Source: Pseudomonadota bacterium
Lineage (GTDB): Bacteria > Pseudomonadota > Alphaproteobacteria > RF32 > CAG-239
Length of the DNA: 64,000 bases
Assembly (NCBI GenBank): GCA_918234285.1
Contig: CAKJXZ020000020.1
Coordinates: 14,777-78,776, forward strand
Direction: 5' to 3'
A program made the translations under genes and the position numbers. The notes beneath the pieces were generated by a model. The model saw only the letters and a list, made by a program, of their open reading frames with translations. It was not told the DNA's origin and did not search any database. Position 1 is the first letter of the stretch, and each line of letters starts with the position of its first letter. Below are positions 1-9,328 of the stretch, piece by piece.

Positions 1-1410
1 ACCTTTGATATTCGGCTTCAACATTTCCACATAGCAAACGGTCGTAATTAATATACAAAGCAATCCGCCCACAACCTGCGTAGTATTATTCTGCGAAATA
101 TAATTCATCAGCTCGCCATAAAGCGGAATCATGAACAGCAATGCGTATATTCCCGTATATAATCGGCTCCCTAAGGTGGTATTATTTTTAAGAATTGCCT
201 GGAAGAATATCAACAGCATAAATACCACAACCGCCACCAAAAAGAGAGTGTCGGCAAAAATTTTATACCCCAAAACCGAAAATACGGTAAGCATTACGTT
301 ACCGACAAGGCATAAAAATACCGTTGACGGGAAAATACCGCTTATCGAAGTTTTTTCATAAAAACGACTTTTCTTTTTGTTTTTGTTGGCATCGTCGAGC
401 AAACCGTTCCAACCGGTATAAAACAGAGAAGATTTCTTAAGCATTTTATCCGTTACTTTACCGTCTTTATCGGCTTCGGAACTCAGTAACAACAACAGTT
501 CTCGCTCGTCTTTATTGTCTCCCGGATACGGTTGAAAATCGGATAAGGTAAAACTCTTGCCTTTGGTGTCTATCTTCAAAAAGCCGTCGTTGGCAAGCTT
601 GACAATCAGCGCAATCATGCCCTTTTCCGTAACCTTTTCATTCATTATCAACTCGGCATCAACACCGTTCATTTCTTCCGGAGCGCGAAAAGTTACCACC
701 GGTGTAACATGTTCGTCTTTGCCGTACAAATACCATATTACGAAGGCTAAAAATGTACACAAAAATAACCCGAGCCACACAGCTTTCACCATTCGGTTAT
801 AAGCCGCCGTATCAAAATACCCTTTCGGCACTTCAACACGCAGAGTAATACCCTCGCCCGGTTGCAAAACGTGGCGGGTTTGCCCCCAAATCACATTATC
901 TTTGACCGCATATTCACCCTCGCCGTTAAAACCGCGTGTACCGTATCTGCCGATAGAAAGTCCTACTTTATTTTCTTCAACCGCTCTCGGCATTATAACT
1001 CTGAAAACAACATGATGAATCGGTACATTCCATTCGGTACCGATAAGGTTATAATAAAATTCCGATTTATTATCGATGATTTGTTGGGCATATTCAATAT
1101 TGTATACTTTCGGGCCGGTAATCAACTTATTGGCATCGCCGATTTTTATATCGACATAGCTGCCGTAATCTGCAGTAAATTGTTCATCCGCGGAAATGCC
1201 GTAAATTTTGCTGCCCGTACGCGGAATTGAGCGAATGATACCATGCGATGGAGCGGTGAAAACCACCGAGATTTTTTCTCTGACCGTAACCGTCTTATTC
1301 TGGTAAACCATCATATCAACTTCGTAATTTTCAATATAAAAATTCTCTGCTCGTGCGGCTCCGGCCACGATTATAGATACCAAAAATACAATTATCCGCC
1401 AAAACTTCAT
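1..1410 (-). CDS. DUF2207-family membrane protein (3' end runs off the window)
   Basis: Absent from the ORF track. Manual translation from ATG at 1410 gives MKFWRIIVFLVSIIVAGAARAENFYIENYEVDMMVYQNKTVTVREKISVVF...HGIIRSIP: a signal peptide plus a DUF2207-type N-terminus. Paralogous to the adjacent gene. Confidence 0.8.
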   Translation of the reverse strand, partial: MKFWRIIVFLVSIIVAGAARAENFYIENYEVDMMVYQNKTVTVREKISVVFTAPSHGIIRSIPRTGSKIYGISADEQFTADYGSYVDIKIGDANKLITGPKVYNIEYAQQIIDNKSEFYYNLIGTEWNVPIHHVVFRVIMPRAVEENKVGLSIGRYGTRGFNGEGEYAVKDNVIWGQTRHVLQPGEGITLRVEVPKGYFDTAAYNRMVKAVWLGLFLCTFLAFVIWYLYGKDEHVTPVVTFRAPEEMNGVDAELIMNEKVTEKGMIALIVKLANDGFLKIDTKGKSFTLSDFQPYPGDNKDERELLLLLSSEADKDGKVTDKMLKKSSLFYTGWNGLLDDANKNKKKSRFYEKTSISGIFPSTVFLCLVGNVMLTVFSVLGYKIFADTLFLVAVVVFMLLIFFQAILKNNTTLGSRLYTGIYALLFMIPLYGELMNYISQNNTTQVVGGLLCILITTVCYVEMLKPNIKG

Positions 1411-1417
1411 ACTTTCC

Positions 1418-3184
1418 TCACATATCTTCCGCCGGTTCATCGTCGTCATATAAAGAAGATGCTTCCAAGGCCGCCGCTACTCCCGACGGGAAATTACGCA
1501 TAAAATTCCTGATTTTGAAATTATCGTTCTCCGTCCACAAAGGTATCGGAATTTCAATACCTTCAAACAGCTTCATCCATTCGCTGTTCAGTCCCAAAAC
1601 ATGGGCGTACGGCAAGATTTTATAAAAATAAGACGGATTATTGCGCAGTGTCTTTTCAACGCTCTCTTTGTCGGCAAATTTGATAAAGTTCTTCAAACCG
1701 AACAGTTGGCCGCGATATAATCTGCCGATGGCATTCAGCGGCGGCATTTGCAAGAAACACACCAGAGAGATGATCGTGCAACCGATGCCGATGATAATTT
1801 GTAATATATCTTCTTTTTGAATATCCGAACTGCAACTCAAACACAGCAAACCGATGGCATACACCAAAAACAGTCCGCCGACAATCTTGGCGATTAAACT
1901 GGTCTTGCGGAAGAACTTAATACCAATAAAACCGCTTACCAACACCAGCGCGGCAATCAGTAAATATCCTTCGGACAACACATAATCACGCATTACAAAC
2001 AATGTCAGCAAGAAATTGCCGATTAAGCACGCAAGCATAATGGCGCGACGCAAATATTGCGCGCCCGATTTTCGATAAAAGCGCCGCAACGTTTCCGTAT
2101 TTTTAGATAAATCAAGGATTTTATCCCATTTTTCATAAAATTTGCCGGATGATTTCATATCGGAGCTTTCGGCGACATCTTTGTCGGCAAACAACATCTG
2201 CATTATTTGTTTAACCAAGCGATTTCTTCCGGTATAATTTTTCATCTTAGTCAGCGTAAAATTCTTACCTACGGTATTTATAGTCAGATATCCCTTATTG
2301 GCCAAAGCAATAATCATTGCGGCCAATCCTTTTTCGGTTAAGTTACCGGAATGAATAATCTCTGCTTCGGCGGCATTGATACCGCGCGGCGGATTTTGCG
2401 ACATAATCGCCGGAACCCGATCATCTTGACCGTAAGCGCACCACAACAAAAACGAAATCAGCGTCAGCAGCAATAATCCGACCCAAACATACGAGGCATA
2501 ATTTTTACCGTTGTTGATAAAGAAATCGTCAGCAACATCAACTCTTATACGGAAAGTCTGCTTTGGTTTCAGATTACTCAGCGAAGTTCTGCCGATAATG
2601 CGGTCTTGTTTAAGTAAATATTCGGCTCCGTCATCAGCGCTTTTTACTTCTTTATTGTCTATAAACAGATGGATATCTTCATTTTTTACATAATCAGGCA
2701 GTTGTAATTTAAAGCGCACACTTTGCACCGGAACTTTCCACGTCGGTGGAACAATCTTAAAGTCAAAAGCATTATCATTACTGAAAATCTGGTAATTATA
2801 GCTGATTTTATATTGTCTCAACGCAGATTTCTGCTCTTCATTGGCAAAAACCTGTAACTGCAGTTGCCCCAATCCGTCATCTTCTTTATACGGAACCGAC
2901 ACCTGAACATCCGAAATGCGGCCGTGATATTTGGGAATAACGTGTTTTACTGCTTTAACATCAGGATTATTGAAATACACCGTAATAATTTCCTGTACAT
3001 TGACATTACGTTCGGTGTCTACCGTCAGAAAAACATCGTAATTCTTGATATAATAATCGTAAAGCTCTCCAAATTTCGGCATTTCCATTGAAGAAGCGGA
3101 ATTTTCTTCGGCACGGGCATTTACACCGACAACTAAACTCAAAATAAAAAACAGCCCCAATACTTTTTTAAAAATCGCTTTCAT
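1418..3184 (-). CDS. DUF2207-family membrane protein
   Basis: Signal peptide, YYIKNYDVFLTV..NVNVQEIITVYF, central TM helices and C-terminal GLKNFI...YFYKILPYAHVLG. Next to lemA, the usual context for this family. Confidence 0.8.
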   Translation of the reverse strand: MKAIFKKVLGLFFILSLVVGVNARAEENSASSMEMPKFGELYDYYIKNYDVFLTVDTERNVNVQEIITVYFNNPDVKAVKHVIPKYHGRISDVQVSVPYKEDDGLGQLQLQVFANEEQKSALRQYKISYNYQIFSNDNAFDFKIVPPTWKVPVQSVRFKLQLPDYVKNEDIHLFIDNKEVKSADDGAEYLLKQDRIIGRTSLSNLKPKQTFRIRVDVADDFFINNGKNYASYVWVGLLLLTLISFLLWCAYGQDDRVPAIMSQNPPRGINAAEAEIIHSGNLTEKGLAAMIIALANKGYLTINTVGKNFTLTKMKNYTGRNRLVKQIMQMLFADKDVAESSDMKSSGKFYEKWDKILDLSKNTETLRRFYRKSGAQYLRRAIMLACLIGNFLLTLFVMRDYVLSEGYLLIAALVLVSGFIGIKFFRKTSLIAKIVGGLFLVYAIGLLCLSCSSDIQKEDILQIIIGIGCTIISLVCFLQMPPLNAIGRLYRGQLFGLKNFIKFADKESVEKTLRNNPSYFYKILPYAHVLGLNSEWMKLFEGIEIPIPLWTENDNFKIRNFMRNFPSGVAAALEASSLYDDDEPAEDM

Positions 3185-3736
3185 TTACGCATCAACCTTT
3201 ATATTTTCACGTTGTTCTGCTTCAATTTCAAACAATTCGGCGCGTTGCATCCCGAATATTTTACCGATAAGCGAAGTCGGAAACAAATCAACAAAAGTGT
3301 TATATTCCCGCACCGTCCCGTTGTAATACTTACGGGCATCGGCAATATCGTCTTCAACCGAGCTCATCTGTTTCATTAACTGCATATAAGTTTCGTTGGC
3401 TTTCAACTCCGGATAATTTTCCGCCACAACCCAAAACCGCGACAAAGCTTGCCCTAATTGCACATTTGTATTGATTTTTTCGCCAGCGGATAAATCGCCG
3501 TAAGCTTGTGAGCGAATATCGGCAATATCCGTAAGCACATTTTTCTCATGCTTAGTATAGCTCTTGACGGCTTCCAGCAGGTTAGGAACCAAATCCCAAC
3601 GTTTTTTCAGATAAACATCCATGGTAGAAAACGCTTCCTGCATATAGTTGCGATAACAAACCCCGCGGTTGTATCCCCAAATGAGCAAAATAACGACAAT
3701 GCCGAATGCAATTAAAATATAAATTCCCAAATCCAT
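3185..3736 (-). CDS. lemA: LemA family protein
   Basis: N-terminal TM helix, LKKRWDLVPNL, AENYPELKANE, ARKYYNGTVREYN..FP motifs. Confidence 0.93.
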   Translation of the reverse strand: MDLGIYILIAFGIVVILLIWGYNRGVCYRNYMQEAFSTMDVYLKKRWDLVPNLLEAVKSYTKHEKNVLTDIADIRSQAYGDLSAGEKINTNVQLGQALSRFWVVAENYPELKANETYMQLMKQMSSVEDDIADARKYYNGTVREYNTFVDLFPTSLIGKIFGMQRAELFEIEAEQRENIKVDA

Positions 3737-3885
3737 AGTTCACTCCAATCAGAGGCGATTTTACCAGAAATTACACAAATATTCAAGTTATTCTTTATAC
3801 AAATTACCAGAATACTTTTATATTTTAGGTTTATTTACAACAAAAAAGCGCCGCATATTCGCAGCGCCTTTGTTTCATTAAAACT

Positions 3886-4830
3886 TTATTCTCCTTCATC
3901 GTCATGAGGAATAATATCCGGCAAGGCGCCGATTGCCTGTTTGCGTTTGAGTTTGTTAACAAACTTGATGGAGCGTTGAGCGTCCCATTTGCGCTTACCT
4001 TCCTCACTTTGATAAATAACTTTATAAACTTCTATTGCCTGATCAAATTCGGATAATTTGGTCAAACACGATGCCAAGCCGTCGTAAAGCTTGTGCGTAT
4101 AGCGCCCGTTAACAACAGCCTGTGCCTTTTTGTAGCACTTCAGAGCATCTTTAAACTTGAACATTTTTTGATATACGTAACCGATACTTATCCAGGCCTG
4201 CAAATCCGAACTGTTGATGTTCAGAATTTTGGTAAAGCACTTTAAGGCCGAATCGTTGTCCCCCATCAACTGATAGGTTACACCGATGCCGTTCCAGGCT
4301 TTTGTATTGAATTTATCGCCGGATAAGACCTTTTTAAAGAAAGAGATTGAACGATCGTATTGTTTAAGTTTTTGCAAAGTTACGGCAATACTTAAGAGGG
4401 TTTGCGGGTGTTTGTTATCTATTTTCATAGCTTCTTCCAACACATCCAGAGCCTCTTTATAAGAGAACATGTGTTGCAAGGCTATCGCCTTACCGTTCAA
4501 TGCCTCCAAAGATGTTCTGTCGTTGGCAAAAGCTTCGTCAAAACAGGTAATAGCTTCTTTGTACAAGCCGCGCATACTCAAGGTTACGCCCTTGTTATTC
4601 AAGACTTCGACCGACTTCGGATTGATAGCCAACGCCTTATCAAAGCACGCTACCGCATCCGTATATTTACTCATTTTCTGATATGCAAAACCCTGCGAAT
4701 TCAATGCTTTCCACGCACGAGGATTTTCCGCAATAACCTCGGAAAAGCGCTCTACTGCTTCTTCATACTGACCGGAATCAAGAAGTTCCTGTCCTCTCTT
4801 ATACGATGTATTTTCATTTAATTTAACCAT
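3886..4830 (-). CDS. Tetratricopeptide-repeat protein
   Basis: About 8 consecutive 34-aa TPR units (A(L/W)N..G..Y....Y..A...F.KAL.INP). Confidence 0.88.
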   Translation of the reverse strand: MVKLNENTSYKRGQELLDSGQYEEAVERFSEVIAENPRAWKALNSQGFAYQKMSKYTDAVACFDKALAINPKSVEVLNNKGVTLSMRGLYKEAITCFDEAFANDRTSLEALNGKAIALQHMFSYKEALDVLEEAMKIDNKHPQTLLSIAVTLQKLKQYDRSISFFKKVLSGDKFNTKAWNGIGVTYQLMGDNDSALKCFTKILNINSSDLQAWISIGYVYQKMFKFKDALKCYKKAQAVVNGRYTHKLYDGLASCLTKLSEFDQAIEVYKVIYQSEEGKRKWDAQRSIKFVNKLKRKQAIGALPDIIPHDDEGE

Positions 4831-4897
4831 TTTTACCTCTTTCTTTACAGAATAATTGTATAAGGAATATCACATAAAGATAGTTATGTCAAGTTTT

Positions 4898-5824
4898 TTA
4901 TAGTATCGATAACTGTTTGAAAATAGGCACATCTGTTCTTACTTCGATATATTGACACAAAAACTTTTGACAATTCTGCCGCATTAATTCGCGTTGTTGA
5001 TGGAAATATTGCTGATAATTGGTGGTAAATCCCTCCACACCGGTATCGAACACAGCCTTTTGCGTATCGTATTGCGCGGCATAGACACCGTCTTGCGGAG
5101 CTATTTCTTCCAACACATCAAAAATATTAATGCAACATACCTGATGTTTTTTGGAAAGAATGGCGATTTTGCGGAATTTTTCGTTATCAAAATGGCTGAA
5201 ATCGCTCAAAATAAACACCGTTCCCTGCCCTTTTTGATGAAACTGCAGCATTTTCAGAGCCTCGCTGAGGTCGGCATGATGTTGTTCAACCAATATTTCC
5301 TGAGTTTTTTTACTGATTTGCGTGAAGATATTCATCAAATTCTTTAAATTATTTTGTGGTCGGAAATACGTTGTATTTTCACCGTCAAACATCAACATCC
5401 CGAATCTGTCTTTATGTTTAATAGTCAGCCAGCCGATAAGTGCGGCGATTTTGGCAGCTGTTACGGACTTAAGTTCTTTACGGGTACCGAATACCATGGA
5501 AGCAGATAAATCCAGAACCACGATAATCTCGCGGTCTTTTTCCTCATTAAAAACCTTGGTATAAGGCTCGGATTTGCGCGCGGTAACCCGCCAATCAATA
5601 TCCCGTACGTCGTCTCCGAAAATATAGGCACGCACCTCTTCAAACTCCATACCGCGACCGCGAAATGCAGACTTATTATTGCCCGAGCGTTGCGAAGTCG
5701 GCTTGTTGTGTCGATACGACATATACGGCAAATACTGCTGCTGGGCAATCAGTTCTTCCACGGTAACCGACAACCCCTTGTTTTCGTGAATATCGCCAGG
5801 TGTTTTTTCAGCAAATCCTATCAT
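4898..5824 (-). CDS. DUF58 domain protein (MoxR partner)
   Basis: GRGMEFEEVRAY.FGDDVRDIDWRVTAR, LDLSASM.FG, FILSDF. Confidence 0.92.
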   Translation of the reverse strand: MIGFAEKTPGDIHENKGLSVTVEELIAQQQYLPYMSYRHNKPTSQRSGNNKSAFRGRGMEFEEVRAYIFGDDVRDIDWRVTARKSEPYTKVFNEEKDREIIVVLDLSASMVFGTRKELKSVTAAKIAALIGWLTIKHKDRFGMLMFDGENTTYFRPQNNLKNLMNIFTQISKKTQEILVEQHHADLSEALKMLQFHQKGQGTVFILSDFSHFDNEKFRKIAILSKKHQVCCINIFDVLEEIAPQDGVYAAQYDTQKAVFDTGVEGFTTNYQQYFHQQRELMRQNCQKFLCQYIEVRTDVPIFKQLSIL

Positions 5825-5832
5825 ATTTTTCC

Positions 5833-6807
5833 CTAAGGCAACGGTACCAGTTTCAGTAAGCGGGCAATCACATCATCTGCCGTAATTCCGTTGGCTTGCG
5901 CCTCAAAGCTCAAAATGATACGGTGCCGCAACACATCAAACACCACGGCATGAATATCATCCGGCGTCACATAGTCGCGACCGGCCATCCAAGCGTGAAT
6001 TTTTGAGCATTTATCCAAAGCAATGGTAGCACGGGGACTGGCGCCGTAAGCCAGAGAATTCTTCAGACTGGCATCATATTTTTCCGGATGACGGGTAGCC
6101 ATAACCAGCTGCACCAGATATTCTTCCATCGAGTTGCTGAATTGCACGGAAAATGCTTCACGACGAGCGTCAAAAATATCTTTCATGCTGATGGCGCAAA
6201 TGTTTTCCTGTTTTTTATTATCCAACGCATCCATTTCTTCGTCGCGTACCAAATGCAAAATCCGGCGTTCAACACCGATATCCGGTTGATCAATCCGAAT
6301 ATACATCAGAAAACGGTCGAGTTGCGCTTCCGGCAAATTGTAGGTTCCTTCGTGTTCAATCGGGTTTTGGGTAGCCATAACCATAAACAGACGCGGCAAT
6401 TTATATTGTTTACCGCCGATACTTACCTGGCGCTCGGCCATAGCTTCCAAAAGTGCCGATTGCACTTTGGCCGGCGCACGGTTGATTTCATCTGCTAGCA
6501 CCATATTGGCAAAAATCGGGCCGGAGCGAAATTCAAAATAACCGGTGGAAGCCACATAGATTTCGCTACCGGTAATATCCGACGGCAACAAATCCGGTGT
6601 AAACTGAATACGATTGAATGTTCCCTCAATGCAATCGGAAAGTTTTTTAATAGCCTTGGTTTTAGCTAAACCCGGTGCGCCTTCCACCAATGCGTGACCG
6701 TCGGCCAGCATGGTAATAATCAGCTTTTGCAACAATTCTTCCTGTCCGATGATATTCTGTTGCATATACTGTTGTAAACCGATAATTTTTTCCCTGATTT
6801 CAGACAT
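5833..6807 (-). CDS. moxR: MoxR-family AAA+ ATPase
   Basis: EGAPGLAKT, RIQFTPDLLPSD, LADEINRAPAKVQSALLEAM, ATQNPIEHEGTY. Start placed at MSEIREK. Confidence 0.94.
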   Translation of the reverse strand: MSEIREKIIGLQQYMQQNIIGQEELLQKLIITMLADGHALVEGAPGLAKTKAIKKLSDCIEGTFNRIQFTPDLLPSDITGSEIYVASTGYFEFRSGPIFANMVLADEINRAPAKVQSALLEAMAERQVSIGGKQYKLPRLFMVMATQNPIEHEGTYNLPEAQLDRFLMYIRIDQPDIGVERRILHLVRDEEMDALDNKKQENICAISMKDIFDARREAFSVQFSNSMEEYLVQLVMATRHPEKYDASLKNSLAYGASPRATIALDKCSKIHAWMAGRDYVTPDDIHAVVFDVLRHRIILSFEAQANGITADDVIARLLKLVPLP

Positions 6808-6924
6808 ATTGAACCTTTCAAAAACTTGTTTGTAAAAAACAAAAACGCGTTGCATTGAAGCGATAATATTATAAATCTATATATAATTTGTTAAAAAAAT
6901 AAATACAAGCAAAATTTTAAACTA

Positions 6925-9315
6925 ATGTCTGACGGAATTTTTGATTTGGATGATGACAGTGCCGCGCCGGTTTATGATAATATCAGCGCGCTCAAACGCT
7001 CTTTACCTTGGCTTGATGAACTTAATCCCGAACAACGGTTGGCGGTAGAAACCACCGAAGGTCCGTTGTTGGTCCTTTCCGGAGCCGGCACCGGCAAAAC
7101 CAAGGTTTTAACCACACGTTTGGCTTATATTCTCTCAACGCTGCCGGTACAACCGTGGAATTGTCTGGTGGTGACATTTACCAATCGTGCCGCCAACGAA
7201 ATGAAAGAACGGGTGCAGAATCTTATCGGCGATACCGCAAATTCCGTCTGGCTCGGCACTTTTCACCGCATCTGCGTCAAAATTCTGCGTGCCCATGCCG
7301 AACTGGTCGGTTTGCATGCCAATTTTACGATTTTGGGCGAAGATGATCAAAAACGCCTGATTAAACATATTTTGGAAAACGAAGGTCTGGACGAGAAGAA
7401 ATATACGCCGCAAAGTTTTGTTGACAGCATCTCTCGTCTCAAGGATAAAGGCATAACCGTGGAAAAAGCCGAACAGAGTTTCCGTTCGACCGTCCTGTTA
7501 TCGATTTACAAAAAATATCAAACCAGATTATTGGAACTTAACTGTGTCGATTTCGGCGATATCCTGCTATATACGCTGACGCTGTTGATGAGCAACCCCG
7601 ATATTTTGAAAATATATCAGGATAAGTTCAAATACATTATGGTTGACGAGTACCAAGATACCAATGTTACGCAATATCTGTTTTTGCGACTGTTATCGCA
7701 ACAATCGCACAATTTGTGTTGTGTCGGCGATGATGACCAATCCATTTATTCGTGGCGCGGCGCCGAAATTGAAAATATAATGCGTTTTCAAAAGGATTTT
7801 GTTGATGCCAAGATTATCCGGCTCGAACGCAACTATCGTTCGACCGCCAACATTCTGACCGCGGCTTCTGCTCTTATTGCCCATAACTCCACAAGGCTCG
7901 GTAAAACCTTAAAGGTGGCGGAAAACAGCCCGGCTACCAAATGCAGTAATGACAAAATCAAAGTGGTAAGCCTGTATAACGGTGAGGAAGAAGCCAAGTG
8001 GGTTGCCGATGAAATAGATGTATTGCACCGTGGCGGCACTCCGTATTCCGAAATGGCGGTATTGGTACGTACTGCTTTTCAAACCCGCGAATTTGAAGAA
8101 CGTTTCATCTCCGAAGCCATACCTTATCAGGTCATCGGCGGGCCTAAATTTTATGAACGCGCCGAAATCCGTGATATCTTGGCCTATTTTCGCGTAATTT
8201 TGCAACCTAATGACGATTTGGCCTTCGAGCGCATTATCAACAAGCCGGCACGAGGTATCGGTGCCAAAACCGTGGAAAAACTGCAACAGGTTGCCCGCAC
8301 CGGGCGAACCTCGATGTTTGCGGCAGTGCAATCGCTGTTGAATGCCGGCGGCTTAAGCGGCAAAGCTAAGGCCAATCTTGAAGATTTGGTGCAAAAATTT
8401 GCGGAGTGGCGACGCATTGTCAGCCTGGTTGACCCGGCCGATTTGGCCGAGGACGTCATTAACGATTCCGGCTATATGGATATGCTTAAAAACGACACTT
8501 CGGCCGAATCCGAAGGACGAATTGAAAACTTGCGCGAACTCATTAACGTTATGACCGACACCGAGCATTATCCGACCATGGCAGAATTTATGGAACACGT
8601 CAGCCTGGTAATGGATAACGACAGCAATCTTGATACCAATAAAGTTATGCTGATTACCTTGCATTCGGCCAAAGGATTGGAATTTGAGACGGTATTTTTG
8701 CCGGGATGGGAAGAAGCTCTGTTTCCGCACCAAAAGAGTTTGGATGAAGGCGGTGAAAATTCGCTGGAAGAAGAGCGGCGTCTGGCTTATGTTGCCCTCA
8801 CCCGTGCCAAACATCGTTTGTATATTACAACTACTCTGAACCGCCGCATTTACGGTGAATGGCGCAACAATCAGCCTTCGCGCTTTTTGAACGAAATTCC
8901 GCCGGTTTGTTTGCAACTGAATAATCAGACCAACAACTGCTTTAACGGCAGCGGCAGCCGCTACGGCGGATACGACGACGGTTACGGACAAAGCGGATAC
9001 AATAAGCGCGGCTATTCTTATAATAAATACGGCTACGGCAAGAAAAAATCTTACAAGCAGGTGTTTTCTACCAAACCGAGCTATCAAAGTTATACCGAAG
9101 ATACCGAGGAATATCCGTATTCTTACGAGCCGACGGAATACAGTTCATATGACTATGCTGCGGGAAAATCAGCTTCCGAATACATCGGCGTACGCGTTTA
9201 TCACGAAAGTTTCGGCTATGGTAAAATCGTAAAGATGTCCGGCAAAATGTGCGAGGTGGAATTTGACGATTGCGGGCGTAAAAAAATAATGAGCGAATAT
9301 TTAAGCAAAGTATAG
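6925..9315 (+). CDS. uvrD: ATP-dependent DNA helicase UvrD/PcrA
   Basis: SGAGTGKT, VDEYQDTN, VGDDDQSIYSWRGA, TLHSAKGLEF, EEERRLAYVALTRA and a C-terminal Tudor-like VYHESFGYG. Confidence 0.95.
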   Translation: MSDGIFDLDDDSAAPVYDNISALKRSLPWLDELNPEQRLAVETTEGPLLVLSGAGTGKTKVLTTRLAYILSTLPVQPWNCLVVTFTNRAANEMKERVQNLIGDTANSVWLGTFHRICVKILRAHAELVGLHANFTILGEDDQKRLIKHILENEGLDEKKYTPQSFVDSISRLKDKGITVEKAEQSFRSTVLLSIYKKYQTRLLELNCVDFGDILLYTLTLLMSNPDILKIYQDKFKYIMVDEYQDTNVTQYLFLRLLSQQSHNLCCVGDDDQSIYSWRGAEIENIMRFQKDFVDAKIIRLERNYRSTANILTAASALIAHNSTRLGKTLKVAENSPATKCSNDKIKVVSLYNGEEEAKWVADEIDVLHRGGTPYSEMAVLVRTAFQTREFEERFISEAIPYQVIGGPKFYERAEIRDILAYFRVILQPNDDLAFERIINKPARGIGAKTVEKLQQVARTGRTSMFAAVQSLLNAGGLSGKAKANLEDLVQKFAEWRRIVSLVDPADLAEDVINDSGYMDMLKNDTSAESEGRIENLRELINVMTDTEHYPTMAEFMEHVSLVMDNDSNLDTNKVMLITLHSAKGLEFETVFLPGWEEALFPHQKSLDEGGENSLEEERRLAYVALTRAKHRLYITTTLNRRIYGEWRNNQPSRFLNEIPPVCLQLNNQTNNCFNGSGSRYGGYDDGYGQSGYNKRGYSYNKYGYGKKKSYKQVFSTKPSYQSYTEDTEEYPYSYEPTEYSSYDYAAGKSASEYIGVRVYHESFGYGKIVKMSGKMCEVEFDDCGRKKIMSEYLSKV

Positions 9316-9328
9316 AAGGAATGTTACC

